DNA of 64,000 nt from Neoechinorhynchus agilis (lineage: Eukaryota > Animalia > Acanthocephala): assembly GCA_051530055.1 (NCBI GenBank), contig JBMGUZ010000006.1:1-64000 (forward strand), written 5' to 3'. Each line of letters starts with the position of its first letter. Within the stretch, counting starts at the first letter, position 1. Made by a program: the position numbers and the translations under genes. Shown here piece after piece: positions 1 through 11,580 of the stretch. The notes under the pieces are model-generated. The model was not told the origin of the DNA, did no database searches, and saw only the letters and a list, made by a program, of their open reading frames with translations.

Positions 1-660
1 AATGTCCCCATTTTTGACACTTGTTGCATTTTGGATAGGTACAGTCATCTTGTTGTGAAATTTTGTTCATAAAGAATTTTACTTCCATAGATTGAAAGGA
101 GCATGGAGATGTTGTTAGCTTGTCTTGAACAACAACAGGTGTTTTAACCACTGGCCGAGGAATCAGTTTCCCACGTAGTAAAGACTTTAAGAAGAATAAC
201 AGCTCACATCCGAACTTCTCCCCGAAAGCGACCCTGTCTTCATTATCTATTTCCGGTGAGAGGTCGGAAACGATGAACGTAAATGTATAGCTTTAATCCG
301 TGTATTGCAGACCAGCATCTTCCTTAAATCTAGTGAGGAAACTCCTGAATTGTTTCCTAAATAAATCGGAGATGAAGTGAATTTTCAAAACTCCACCATT
401 GAGCGAAATTGACTTAATATGACTGTAATCGTCTTTGAGTGATTTGAGCTACGGCGCTGCGTAAGCCTTGTTAAGGGATTGCCTGGGTTGAACGGGGTTC
501 GTCGTTATTGAGATCGAAAATGGCCATTTTTTAACTTGGTATCGAGGTACTGTGAATCGCTTGAATTCGCACGATGTTGAGGTTTTTGTTGTATGTTCCC
601 GAGGTGTTCATGACTCACTCTAGGAATGAAAGGTCCACCCATGTCTTCGTCCGTATCCAT
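1..660 (-). pseudogene. Degraded gag-like ORF1 of a non-LTR retrotransposon (pre-C2HC-like region plus start of a CCHC knuckle); further partial copies at ~21220-21800, ~36130-36500, ~41300-41730 (+), ~55970-56290 (+)
   Basis: Manual minus-strand translation across stops/frameshifts: MDTDEDMGGPFIP...SHIKSISLNGGVLKIHF...TFIVSDLSPEIDNED...RGKLIPRPVV...YPKCNKCQKWGH; the knuckle runs off the window start. Confidence 0.6.
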
Positions 661-1549
661 TAATTCCGTCACTTGGTCGTCTTAACGAGTTTAATTCATT
701 GTTTTAACATTATTTTCTGGTCGACATGAAAAAATACAAAATTAATGATTTATTTGGTTTCGATTTGTAGAAGGAACATAACGCGTTTTATTAATAATGC
801 GTTCAAATGGGCATAAATTTTTGTTCATTGGTACACTCGAAAGTGTTCGACCGGTTGAGATAATGTATTTTTTAACAGGTTGAAGAAACAAAGTTAAATG
901 AAGCGTTAATGTAATCTTTCTGGCGAAAAGCTAAAGTTATAAAACCTTTTGCATAAATGCTAGAATTGGTTTTTGGAAATATGAATTCATTTCCTTCAGG
1001 ATGTCGATGCTTCGCGGTCACATTGACATCTTCAATGTCCGTTTTCATCCCGAATTGTGGAATTGAAACAAACAGAAATCTTCATCGATGGATACAAAAA
1101 TTTTCTTTAATTTTTTTCGTTGCCCTCTGAAGTGTCCGAGCGGACACTGTACTCGTCATTGGGCTTTGGCCTGAGGCCGCAACTTACTGTAAATTGTTTC
1201 GAGATAGAAGTGAAAGTTAGAAAGCTGTTTTTCGCAGTGAGAGTTCGTTAGCGAAAATCGATACTCTTTTGATGTTCTTTGAAAAGTGAGCCTTACCTTA
1301 ACTCACGGAGAAAAACTTCTTGCGCTCTTCGCTATCTATGATCTCGTCAATAAACACCTTACCTTGAAAGTTGCGATGAATCCAACAGAGCTTAAAAGAC
1401 TAAAATTATAATTAATTTTTACCTTTCAATACAAGTATATTTGAATCTTTTCTAAAAACCAAAGTGAGATAAATATAAAAGTCGTTAAAATAAATCGTGT
1501 ATTCAAAAATTAACTTCATTGAAATCGAGTCAAGAGTTTCCACCGCAAA

Positions 1550-2460
1550 CTCTACTTAGTATACAACGCCTATGCTTTTTCGAGGCAATAAAAAGCATTA
1601 ACGAAATTCTTCAAGTCATTTCAAGCCAATGGTCTTCTTTCAGGAAAAATAACTACAAGACCGCTTTTTTAGACATATCATAATATTTCATAGCGAAACA
1701 CGAAAGCTTGAAAATCTTTTTAAACGGTCGTGGGACAGCATTTTATTAAAAATCGATAGAGACTTCTTGTTCGAAGAATGAAAGGATGGATGAGCAATAG
1801 AAAGCTCAGGAAAATATTATTGCTACCATCAAAATTCGCATTCGATGCCCTAAAGTGTTGAATGGAGGTTTCGAGCATCGTCGCATCCGAATTTAATGGC
1901 AATACTTAAAGTGATTTAATGATCAAGAATTACCAAACGATCCGGTCATCTTTAAAAAATAATTTATATTAAATAGTTTTTATTCGACGTTTTTTAGGTT
2001 GACCATGGTATAAAATATTTGAAATATTACAATATTGTTTGTGTAACTTTAAAAGACTGTAAAAATTATACGATCACAATTATAGTTGCAAATGATTAAA
2101 AGGTATCAAATGATAAATTAAGATGTAGAACAAAGTAATTCTAATTTCCAGCTTTGTCGTGCTTTGAGAACGGCGTTGCCTCTGCATAACAAAACGTGCG
2201 CGGAAGGTCAAGTAATTCAAAAATTAAATTTTTGTAGAACCGATGGAAAATCTTGTGTCCCCTTATCAAAGATATTGCAATTATTTTATTTTTTGAAGTC
2301 TGGTCAGCCGGTAACTTTTATCCAGTATCTACGTTGGGCCATTTTACGGTTTATATCGGTGGGCTGCGTGCCCAAGGAAAATTATCAGCCGTGAAAAAGG
2401 CTACACATAGATATTTTATTTTATATTTGGCACTGATTTTGATCACGGCTGTTTAAAAGG
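1550..2460 (+). repeat. Dispersed host-like module, about 7 full or partial copies (1550, 7812, 18135, 22740, 29013, 37365+39320, reversed ~54000-55090); possibly a decayed multi-exon gene
   Basis: Recurring actctacttagtatacaacg...gatagagacttcttgttcgaag...gcaatactt sequence; GT-AG-bounded AT-rich gaps near 2103-2150 and 2207-2237. Confidence 0.7.
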
Positions 2461-2729
2461 AAACTCAAATCAACAGATGAATTGATTTACTTTTTAAAAT
2501 ATTTTCAATTTTCCATGGTATTATTCATAAGCACTTACTTTGAATAACTACACTCGTAGAGATCAATAAATCGTTGTTTTACAATCTTGTTTTACTTTAT
2601 TCGATTAGAAAATAGTTTTACGCGGCCAAGTTTAATTCGAAAATCTGATGTTTGATTTAAAGAATGCTTGCCTTCACTGGATCTTATGTCAAGCAGAATT
2701 GCAGATGAATGTAAATTCATATGTACTAT

Positions 2730-4221
2730 ATCGATTTATTTTTTCTTTACATTACATTACGCCCATTACATGTCATCCGAACGCTGGCAGCGTTCCATCG
2801 CTGGACCGCCAGACTCAAGTTTTGTCGCAAGAAAGTGATTGACTGTGGCTCCTTCGTCGCATTCGCGATACGTCGCCCCAGTTCATTCACGAATTCCGCT
2901 GCGGCCTTTCCAAATGCCCCGTAAGTCTCTACTCCGAAAGGCAGGAATAAAAACTTAGAGGCTAACTCATGATACTTCGCGGTCCTACGTTCCTCCGCTC
3001 TCGTTGCCGCGGCTTCTGCGCCTAATTTAGCGGTCGTTATATTGCAGTTTGCCAGCGTATCGACGCATGTTGCGTCCCATATAAGGCATCTGCCACGTGA
3101 TCGGGGAAAGATCGTTACCTGGACGTTTCCCGTCTGGGCGGCAGAGATTTTTTGGCTCCAGGATGCAGAGCGCATGAATCGATCTCAGCGCTCGACTTAT
3201 GATGGCATTGATTTCAGCATGGCGGGAAAACGTCCTGGGGACCGCTTACATGGGAGTCCCTTGCTGTCCACTGTGACACCACATCGACATTTATGAGCGA
3301 CGCAAATGTCCATTCCGAATCTGAGACAGTAAGCAATACGGAAGGTCTCATCACCCAGCAAAGTGCCCAAATTTGAGGATGGTAGAGCATCAAGCCAGGC
3401 TCTAGATTCTTTGGTCGAACAAGCAGCGAGAGGGATCCCAGCCATTTCATCCATCTGGTCTTGTAATTGAGATTGAACCCGATGAACGAGTGGAGAATCT
3501 TACGCTTGCTGTTTGTTGCTTTCTCTAGGTATCTGTGTTTGCCAGCTTTATGTTGTCCAATTTCACAAAAGCTCGATCGAAATGCTCCGCGTTGACCTCC
3601 GGAAAAATATTGGTTGAGTACTTAAGACTAGCACAAATGGAGGCAAGGAAAGCCGGTAAAGTGACATCTTTAGTCTGTAGTAGTCCGGAACCCCCACTTA
3701 ATGTCGGTAATGTAGCTTGTCTCCATGATGTATCGTCAAAGGCGATGTTAAGCATTTTCTCCAGCTCACCGCGCAATAGGCAGTCCAATTTATCGAGGTC
3801 GTCCGTGTTGTCGAAGGCAGGAACAGTCCTTAGTTTGTGCAGGAGCTTAGGCACGAAGAGGCAGTTCTTTACCAAAAAGATTGCTTCATGGCTCTTCAAA
3901 TCCGATGTTCTCTTGCATATCAGCTTTAGCTCTGAAGCGGTCATTTCAATATCCTTTGGCAGATTCTCCTTCATCACGCAAGATCCCAATAGACGAAGCT
4001 TACTAAGATTAATGGTTTCTATTCCTAGTGCAACCGATGAAAACTCATCCAATATAATTGACTCGTTTTTTCCATTCATGTTTAGCAGCAGAATTTGGCA
4101 CTTTGTGAAATTGAGTTGCAACCCCAGTTCTTTGGTTTTTTCTACGAGTATTTTAAAATCGTCCAGAACTATTGCTGCCGCGTTTGTCGCTATCGGACTT
4201 TACATCGTTGTCGAAAACTAA
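2730..4221 (-). mobile_element. 5'-truncated CRE-like non-LTR retrotransposon (RT C-terminus plus restriction-like endonuclease), frameshifted
   Basis: ORFs 3525-4121 (LGLQLNFTKC...SWRQATLP..GG.GL...LPAFLAS), 3197-3454 (WLDALPSSNLG..C.C) and 2747-3175 (LIWDATCVDTLA...FLPFGVETYG); short taatg-repeat 3' tail. Confidence 0.85.
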
Positions 4222-4911
4222 CTGTTAGTGAACTTTTCAAACTTTCAGCGCTTGCTTTCTTCTCAAAAATATGAATTTTGGACGCATTATCCATTTTTTA
4301 TTTTTTAAAAACCTATTGTTAGTCGTCGTATGCGCTATTGAAGAACTTCGGAATCGTTTTTAGATTCTAATAACCAAGAAATAAGCGTTTACGTTTTGAT
4401 TTTTAATTTTTTTGTCAGTTCAAACCTTAAAATAATTATGTTCTTTACGTAACATTCAAACGCATTGCTTTTGGCTAATTTCAAAGCGATAATCGATGTT
4501 TTATTCTTTGAATGCCGAATAAGTTTAAAGGGTAAATACGGACCGCTATGCCAAATTCGACGTTTCGGGTTTTATGGACTTTTTCTTCCCATTTACACCA
4601 GCAAATAAAATAGAACAACAGTGCAATATTCTTCGTCCGTTTAACGATCCAAAATTAATGGTGAAATCTTTTGAACCAGACAAATAATTTATTGCTTCCG
4701 GTTTTTTTATCGTTATGTTTGTTTATGGTGGAAATTGTGAAGGAGTTTTATTAAATCCCATAAAAGGAGCTCCGTTCAAAGGCCTAGATTTTTGTATCTA
4801 CACGACGAAAGCTGAATCATTAAGCTCCATGGTGAAGAAACGAGATGAATATGAAAGCTAACAGAATTACCCTCACGAATGTTTGCCAACCAAACAAATT
4901 TGAAAGAAGAA

Positions 4912-5433
4912 CTAAAGAACGCAAATAAGCTCTAAGGAGAGGCACCAATGCCAGTTCCGCGATGCTGAACCATTTTGAGCAACAAGGCAAGGTTCCAAGG
5001 CTGTTGGCGTCTTAGAAGCTTCAGTCGTAATTTCCATTTTCTCGATTGATACATCGGTCGTTCTTAAAGATTCGGCAGTTGTTATTTCTGTAAGCTCTAG
5101 CGAGGTCGTTTTAATTGACTCGATATCCAAACTTGAATTCGTCGTTCGGTGGTCGTCAAATATAACCTTTGGTTTCACGTCGGCGCCTTTGAGTATCGAT
5201 TTATGCTCTATTCCTTCAGTCTTCGGCTGAGCAGGAATCCCAGTAATGCTCACTCCTTTGACTATATTCTTTGTGTTTTTCTGAGACGGTACCTCTGCTT
5301 TGCTCGCCTGAGATGGCAATGTTTGTGCTTCATATCCCTTGTAACTTTTATTCCACCTTGATTGATAATTTTGATTGCACCAGTTATTTCCGCATGGATT
5401 TGGGCCGAAATCGTACGACGGAGAATTTATCAA
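4912..5433 (-). CDS. Uncharacterised 173-aa, S/T/E-rich ORF with KSILK...KVIF (putative PP1 docking motifs); likely an exon or pseudogene; frameshifted in the copy at 26107-26627
   Basis: ORF track; frame continues upstream to ~5630 past one TAG. Confidence 0.35.
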   Translation of the reverse strand: MINSPSYDFGPNPCGNNWCNQNYQSRWNKSYKGYEAQTLPSQASKAEVPSQKNTKNIVKGVSITGIPAQPKTEGIEHKSILKGADVKPKVIFDDHRTTNSSLDIESIKTTSLELTEITTAESLRTTDVSIEKMEITTEASKTPTALEPCLVAQNGSASRNWHWCLSLELICVL

Positions 5434-6078
5434 TGCTGCACTTGGAGACGCCGAACTCTACTTTTTTGCCAAAGATTTAGAATCGCCAGTTGAGCTTCTC
5501 ATCTCGATTGCTTCGGTTCCTAGCGAAAATCCTACTTTAATTCGCGATTCCATTCCAGGTACTGATTCACCAGACGAAGCGATCGGAGGATCCTTCTCGA
5601 GGAGAAATGTAGCTAAAATCTTTTAAGATAACTCGATGGTCTTTTTGTGTGAGTGTTTCTTATGTCTTGAACGACATCAGCAAACAACATTTCTAAGTCG
5701 CTTTTGTTACGATTTGCGCATTTTAAAAATTTTATTGCTTTTTAATTTTACTTTAAACAAGCCTCATACATACATTACAACAAAATTAACACACACATCG
5801 TCCTTTTTCTGATACATTTTATAAGAATTTCCGTAAGCGTTGATCAAGGCAGAAGAGCAAGACTAAATGTTGGATTAATATCAAATCTCTCAGTGTTTCT
5901 CTGCTGTCTTTAGAAATATTTTAAGAGGGATCCAGTGCAATAAGGCTAAGAATCAAGCGCGAGACTTCTCAACTTCTCGCTTCTGATAGTCGATATGCCC
6001 GCTTCATCACTGATCAATAGTAAGTATTATCGGATTATTTATCTGTAAAAACAGCAGAGCCCACTTTTACATACCCTC

Positions 6079-6291
6079 GAGGAGGGGAAAGGAGAAGAAA
6101 GCGAGGGCGATATGTTCGACATGGAAAAGGTGAATCAACCAAATCGATCAAAGAAGAAGAAAATGGAAATTGAAGTGAGGATCAACGGATTACGATGCAC
6201 CACGCAATTCGCCACAAAGGCGGAGGTGAGCACTTGTGGCACGGAATCGGGCGTCCAAAACTCCAGAGAAGGCGTGTTAAGGCGGGGATAA
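6079..6291 (+). pseudogene. Relic of a second Gypsy-type aspartic protease (copy at ~27270-27482)
   Basis: Manual translation MEIEVRINGLRCTTQFATKAEVS resembles IDVQINGIQITMEYDTGASVS at 16412, with DTG decayed to ATK. Confidence 0.45.
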
Positions 6292-7224
6292 AAATAAACT
6301 AGTTAATGTGCCGTGTGACGGTTCAGCGCACAATCGTATAGAAACAACTAAGATCAGTTCGTCAGTCAAAAACATTCGCTTTTTCAACTTGATGTTAGTC
6401 ATTTTCTAAAAAAAATCCAGTTTAAAAATCGTAGCTGCTTCCGAACATTGTCAATATCTTTTTATAGCATTTTGATATTTGTGGAAAAATCCAATTTAAA
6501 CTTTTCTAATGGTTTCAGAACTCCAGCAAAAGAATAAACTTTCGCGCTTAAAGATATTTCAACCGCTCCTTGGATTTCACGTTAAGAAATATTTTGAGTT
6601 CTTCAATTAGATCCAATAGTTTTGTCAGTACTTTCTCTTTCCTCAGCTTGTGAACTTTGGCACGCAGAACAAAATCACTATAATTGCTATCGTATTCTTG
6701 TAGCAATGTCTTAAAACTGTTTGTGATTTAAAAGATTTGCATGAATAAAGTTTAAAATTTTAACAACAATAGACATAACATTTTGCAGCTTATCGTCTTT
6801 AAGTTTTTAACACAAAGTTTGCTGGTTAATAATACATTGATAAGCTCGGAAAATCGTTATCGGCTACCAGGAACACAATCTGGCCTTTTCTCCGTCCAAC
6901 CATTATTGACCGATAAGAACTTTCTCATAAAGTTATCATTGCTTAATAAAAATTCCTTCAGTGTCTTTTATGTATATCGTTGCCGTTTGTTAAATTTTGT
7001 GTTGGAATCAGTGCCAGCAATTCTTCTTTAAGTTTATGTTTCAAGTAAAATCTAACCCAAATTGTGAGTTGTTCTGTGTCGATGCATTCCTTAAATCAAA
7101 ATACAACTTTTGAATCGTATTGATTCATGGGCTAAGGAGTTCAACAAATGCGCGAGTTATCCAGATCAATAAATAAAGCTGGACAGCATAGTTAACGCGA
7201 GTTTTTAAATGATTGTCAATATAA

Positions 7225-7800
7225 ATGTATACCAACGTTCAGTCGTTGGCGGAGGGTGGTAAGCGGTCACACAATTCCCTTCGCATCCCATTATCCTCGG
7301 CTGTTCGAGAGCCACTGCTATCAGGCTCAGGATCATCATCAATCTCGACCGCGGAGGAATACTTGGTTCTTCCCATAAAAAGGTGGCCAGGTATATTAAC
7401 GATTACTTCAAATCCGATCATGCGAAAGGATGCGATAATTTCACAATCTCTAACTCCTTGCATTCGATCATTCCATAACGAAGGAATAAAGCACGTAGAT
7501 GGAGTAACCTATTTCGGTGGAACATTAAGAATTTATCTTAGAGATCAGAAATGGCTCCATAAACTGGAATTGTTCGCAGTCTCACTTGTCCAACGAAATC
7601 TTTCAAATATCTAAATCGTATCAGAAGGTCCAATTTTGGGCTAATGGCGTTAAGCCCAGGCTAGAAACGAATTTGAGCGTCGTTTTGACATTAAGGTCAA
7701 ACTTCTTCTAAAATCTCGAAAAAATGGTCTTCCGATTTCAATTGCCTTAGTGGAAGGATTGCGACAGGTTCGGGACGAGCTCTGCTATAAGCAATATGAT
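7225..7800 (+). pseudogene. Second, divergent gag-like ORF1 relic, frameshifted (copy at 28416-28990)
   Basis: HVDGVTYFGGTLRIYL and VQFWANGVKPTINDGARNEFELRFDIKVKLLKSRKNG align by eye with HIKSISLNGGVLKIHF and FTFIVSDLSPEIDNEDRVAFGEKFGCELLFFLKSLLRG of the 1-660 relic. Confidence 0.5.
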
Positions 7801-8512
7801 GCCTCATCGAGAACTCTACTTAGTATACAACGCCTATGCTTTTTCGAGGCAATAAAAAGAGTTAACGATATTCTTCAGGTCATTTCAAGCCAATGGTCGT
7901 CTTTCAAGGAAAATAACTACAAGACCGCTTTTTAGACATATTGGAATATTTCACAGCGAAACACGAAAGCTTGAAAATCTGTTTCTACGATCTTTGGACA
8001 GCATTTTATTAAAAAACGATAGAGACTTCTTGTTCGAAGAATCAAATCATTGATGAGCAATAAAAAGCTCAGGAAAATATTATTGCTACCATCAAAATTC
8101 GAATTCGATGCCCTAAAGTGTTGAATAGAGGTTTCGAGCATCGTCGTATCCGAATTTTATGGCAATACTTAAAGTGATTTTATGATCTTTTTGCAATGCA
8201 AATTCTCTCTTTTAAGAATCGCTTCTATGGAACCTCATCCTATTTCTCTTCTACTCTTATCATTTGCAACTTCGTGTACACGCTTACCAACGCTCTCATT
8301 AATTCAAATTTAGAACATTGGAGGATTGGCTACCACAAATAAAGAAATGGTGCGATATAAAAATCAAGTGCTCCCAAATATTTGTATGATTGTATAAGTG
8401 ATAATGAGCCAAGGCCTTGTTCGAATATGAAACATTTTTAATTTCACGAACAGTTACAAAACTATATAATAATAACACATTTTATTAATAATCGATACTT
8501 AACTTTGAACGG

Positions 8513-9358
8513 TCAGAAAAATATCCTTCTGAAGTAGTTGAATGCCGCAACGGCTACTTGGTAAACGGCATCAATAATATTCTTTATTGTTGTCAATCCA
8601 TTCCAAGGTTTCGATACGATATTCGGCTCCGTTTGCGTGCTACTGTCTTGCAAATCTATTATCTTGCACGTCGCTGGGCGTACATAACGACCTTGAGGTT
8701 CTTTTGGCCCTACTTCACTAAATAAAGTGAAAAACTCGCTGTATTTTTCGAATTCCAACGACGACTCATTAAATATATCGGTTGATTCCTGTAAATCGAG
8801 AAACGATTCGTAGTAATCTTCGTTTCCATTCCAAACGTGATTAAAGGCCGGATTCTCACAATAGAGAAGAGGTGAGCCATATTCGTCCATTCCTGATCGT
8901 GAATCGTAATAATCAAAAGTCACGTTCTCGAAACCTGGTGGAGTTGAGAAGTATCCTTCGTTTTCGGGCTCGTAATCGTAATAAGAAAATGAGCAATTTT
9001 CAAAACCTGGTGGAGGTAAGCAATATTCTTCATTTCCAATCGATGAATGATTATTACTGAAGTCATCTATGCTTGGTGGTGACTCATTGAAAATAAAAGT
9101 GAAATCATCAAAGCCGGGCGGAGGTGCACAATTATTTATAGTATTATCTGCGTTTTCCAAAATTTTTTCGACTTCTCGATCGAGGTAAATATCATCATCG
9201 AAGGGATTATATATTTGGTGACCTTGGTGAATAATGTTGAACGTTGGTGGATCTGGATGACTGAAACTATTGGGTTGACCAGAGATGTGGTTCCGCAGGA
9301 ATTGTGCGCTTTCCTCGATTGGTGGTGCCCTTATCCCGAATGGTTGTCTTGTCGTCAT
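8513..9358 (-). CDS. Orphan 281-aa acidic/aromatic protein with three PPGF repeats, copy 1
   Basis: Intact ATG-to-TGA ORF; same length in three complete copies; candidate ttttag splice acceptor just upstream. Confidence 0.75.
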   Translation of the reverse strand: MTTRQPFGIRAPPIEESAQFLRNHISGQPNSFSHPDPPTFNIIHQGHQIYNPFDDDIYLDREVEKILENADNTINNCAPPPGFDDFTFIFNESPPSIDDFSNNHSSIGNEEYCLPPPGFENCSFSYYDYEPENEGYFSTPPGFENVTFDYYDSRSGMDEYGSPLLYCENPAFNHVWNGNEDYYESFLDLQESTDIFNESSLEFEKYSEFFTLFSEVGPKEPQGRYVRPATCKIIDLQDSSTQTEPNIVSKPWNGLTTIKNIIDAVYQVAVAAFNYFRRIFF

Positions 9359-9390
9359 ACTTCAAATCTGTAGCTCTGAACTGTCTAAAA

Positions 9391-9564
9391 TTAGGAAACT
9401 ACGGTTAGTCGAGATTTTGGAGGCTTTACTTTCTTTATCAGGTCTTCTAATGATCTACCAAAAAGTTCAGTTACTTAACAGCTAAATGTTTCTATAAACC
9501 TGACGCAGCGCTTCGAATGGCATGTGATTTTCAAATCATTCCAAATTAAAACTAATGCAATTTC
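9391..9564 (-). pseudogene. Possible protein-kinase subdomain III-V relic
   Basis: EIAL...HSKRCVRFIETFSC*VTELFGRSLEDLIKK resembles the CK1/CMGC-type xELLGxSLxD motif; one in-frame TAA. Confidence 0.3.
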
Positions 9565-10415
9565 TGCAAATTTTATGACATTTCATATCCCTAAAACCCC
9601 GCTGAATTGCAACATTCTGATTGGGGAATTCTTTACTGTATCGCTTTCGACACTTATCAAGACGTTACAACGGATATCATTAACGTATTGATAGTCTACG
9701 GTTGAAACTCCGATACGTGTCAAAGAGGTCGATTTTTATCAGTCGATTGAACCGTAAAATTAATGACACACAACTAATGAGGCGTGAAAATTCGTTTCGG
9801 AACAAGCGACTTAGTTGTTGTTAATACCTTACAGCTACTTTAGCATTAAAATTCGATGTTTTTTTACAAAGACAGGTAATTAGAGCATGCTGATTGGCTA
9901 CTTTTCATTGAGGAAACCATACACGTGATGTTCCGAATATGTGGAGGGAAAAACGTTTGTGCTAATACCTCGCTATCTATTGATTGACTAACCCATTTCA
10001 TCAAATTTTACTTCCAAAAATACCCCAAAAATACAGATTCAATTTGAGATCTCATGATGTAAATTTGTCCGAAATTTCCACCCTCGATTTAATAGAAAAA
10101 TTTCTTGCTAGCATTTTATTAGATTTTTGAAAGAATGCAACGCGGACGAAAATTGTCTCGAAACCGTTATCCAATATCTCTTCTCTTTTGAAGCATTTAA
10201 TTTTATTAAAACCGCTTTGCCGTTATTGAACGAAGAAAAAGATTTGAATTCAACCCCCTGCAGGTGAAATGCAAATATGGACGCTAATTTTGAACTTGCG
10301 GAATCGAAAACAATTCCAGCAAGCCCAAAGGCTTCAATCTTATAATTCCAACCTAAATAATGAATGAAATAGTAGGAAAAGAAGCGCTAAAGACCACGAT
10401 GATAGTTTCACCAAT

Positions 10416-10727
10416 ATGCTAAAATGTTTATTGTGCCAAAAAATTAATAGTATCAATACTCTCAGTGTGCATTTCGGACCATTGCATCTTAATTAGAGAT
10501 ACAAAAGCAATCGAGAGAATTGCTATAAAATATTCAACGAAAAGCTATCTTGTGAACGTCATAGTATGAATCCAAAAGACGATATCCATGTAGATTCTCC
10601 CAAGCTCAGGGTAGAAATTAAGTATCGAAATATAATTACACCTATGAACAAATCAACATCTAAGGAGGAATTGGATAAGCTTATTGAGATTAAATTGCCA
10701 AAAGATGAATGTCAAATTCAAGAGTAA
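10416..10727 (+). pseudogene. Disrupted copy of the 103-aa CxxC ORF (TAG at codon 27); same lesion at 31617-31928
   Basis: cat ctt aat tag aga tac here vs H-L-N-G-R-Y in the intact copies at 51107 and 62130. Confidence 0.5.
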
Positions 10728-10899
10728 AGTAACTATCAAAAAGAAAGTGTCCCTTCCAATTAATAAAAGTATCCATAAAAATCAATAGGTTGTAGATTCT
10801 ATCTCTTGATAAAAAAAACAGCAATTGACATGTCTTAATGACAACATTTTTCCTTCCGCAATATTAAAAAGCACGTTATAAATATTGCTCACGCGCTGG

Positions 10900-11580
10900 A
10901 ATAATGACGTTCCTTGATCGATTTGGTATTGAGAAATATTACAGTTCTTAATAATCTTTGCATTTATTTGCATGGTATCGATGGTTATGAGGATCGGGAA
11001 ATCGAGAAGTTTCAACGACCAACAGAATCAGCTGGTGGAAGTTCGAGAAAGAGGGAAATGAATAGTGATGCCTTAGCGGTCCTCAGGATCCCATTCGTTA
11101 GAGAAAAACCCAAGAGCGACATCAGGAGGCTCAAAAAGAGACAGGTCTATAAATTCCATCAGTTCACAGGAGCCCTCCGAAAAAGCATCCGGCAAGCAAT
11201 GTCCAAGGACGATTGACGTCAAAAATGCCACTTTGCACGAGGAGTAATGCAAACTATTAAACTAAATGTGTTCAGTGCGCACAAGAACAGATTCGAGTCG
11301 TCTACATTGGGAAGATGGACGTATTTGTGAACAGTTTCGTAATGCATTACCTAAAGAATGCCACTTCCTTTTCAGTTGGTTTCGCTGCTCAGTACCTTCA
11401 AGATGCATTAACCCGCTTGGTCGATCGACAGTGAGAGTGAGGGCTCAAATTCTAGATCAGAAATCCATGGGACACGATCTTATTTTATTTGAATTTGGAA
11501 AGTTCGATCTAAAGACTAAAGTGGTTTTCAATGACAAGACTATCATTAATTTCAAACCATCAAATAAAATCTAATCTGTA
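10900..11580 (+). repeat. Unclassified dispersed module, about 6 copies (10900, 19375, 32100, 40395, reversed 50250 and 61440)
   Basis: Recurring ORFs DREIEKFQRPTESAGG...IRQAMSKDD and MCSVRTRTDSSRLHW... Confidence 0.7.

Larger units (their letters stand above)
1..11440 (+). repeat. Direct segmental duplication, copy 1 (~11.4 kb); copy 2 at ~21280-32618
   Basis: ORF pairs at a constant offset of ~21.19 kb: 1720/22909, 3525/24717, 7225/28416, 8513/29714, 11266/32450; sequences nearly identical. Confidence 0.95.

Noticed and set aside
1720-1902. Short ORFs in the dispersed module (MPLNSDATMLETSIQH... and relatives)
   Set aside because: TTG starts, variable lengths and frameshifts among copies, no recognisable motif
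3535-4221. 228-aa plus-strand ORF and similar ORFs (24727, 15922, 16813, 32853, 59908)
   Set aside because: Antisense shadows of retroelement coding sequence
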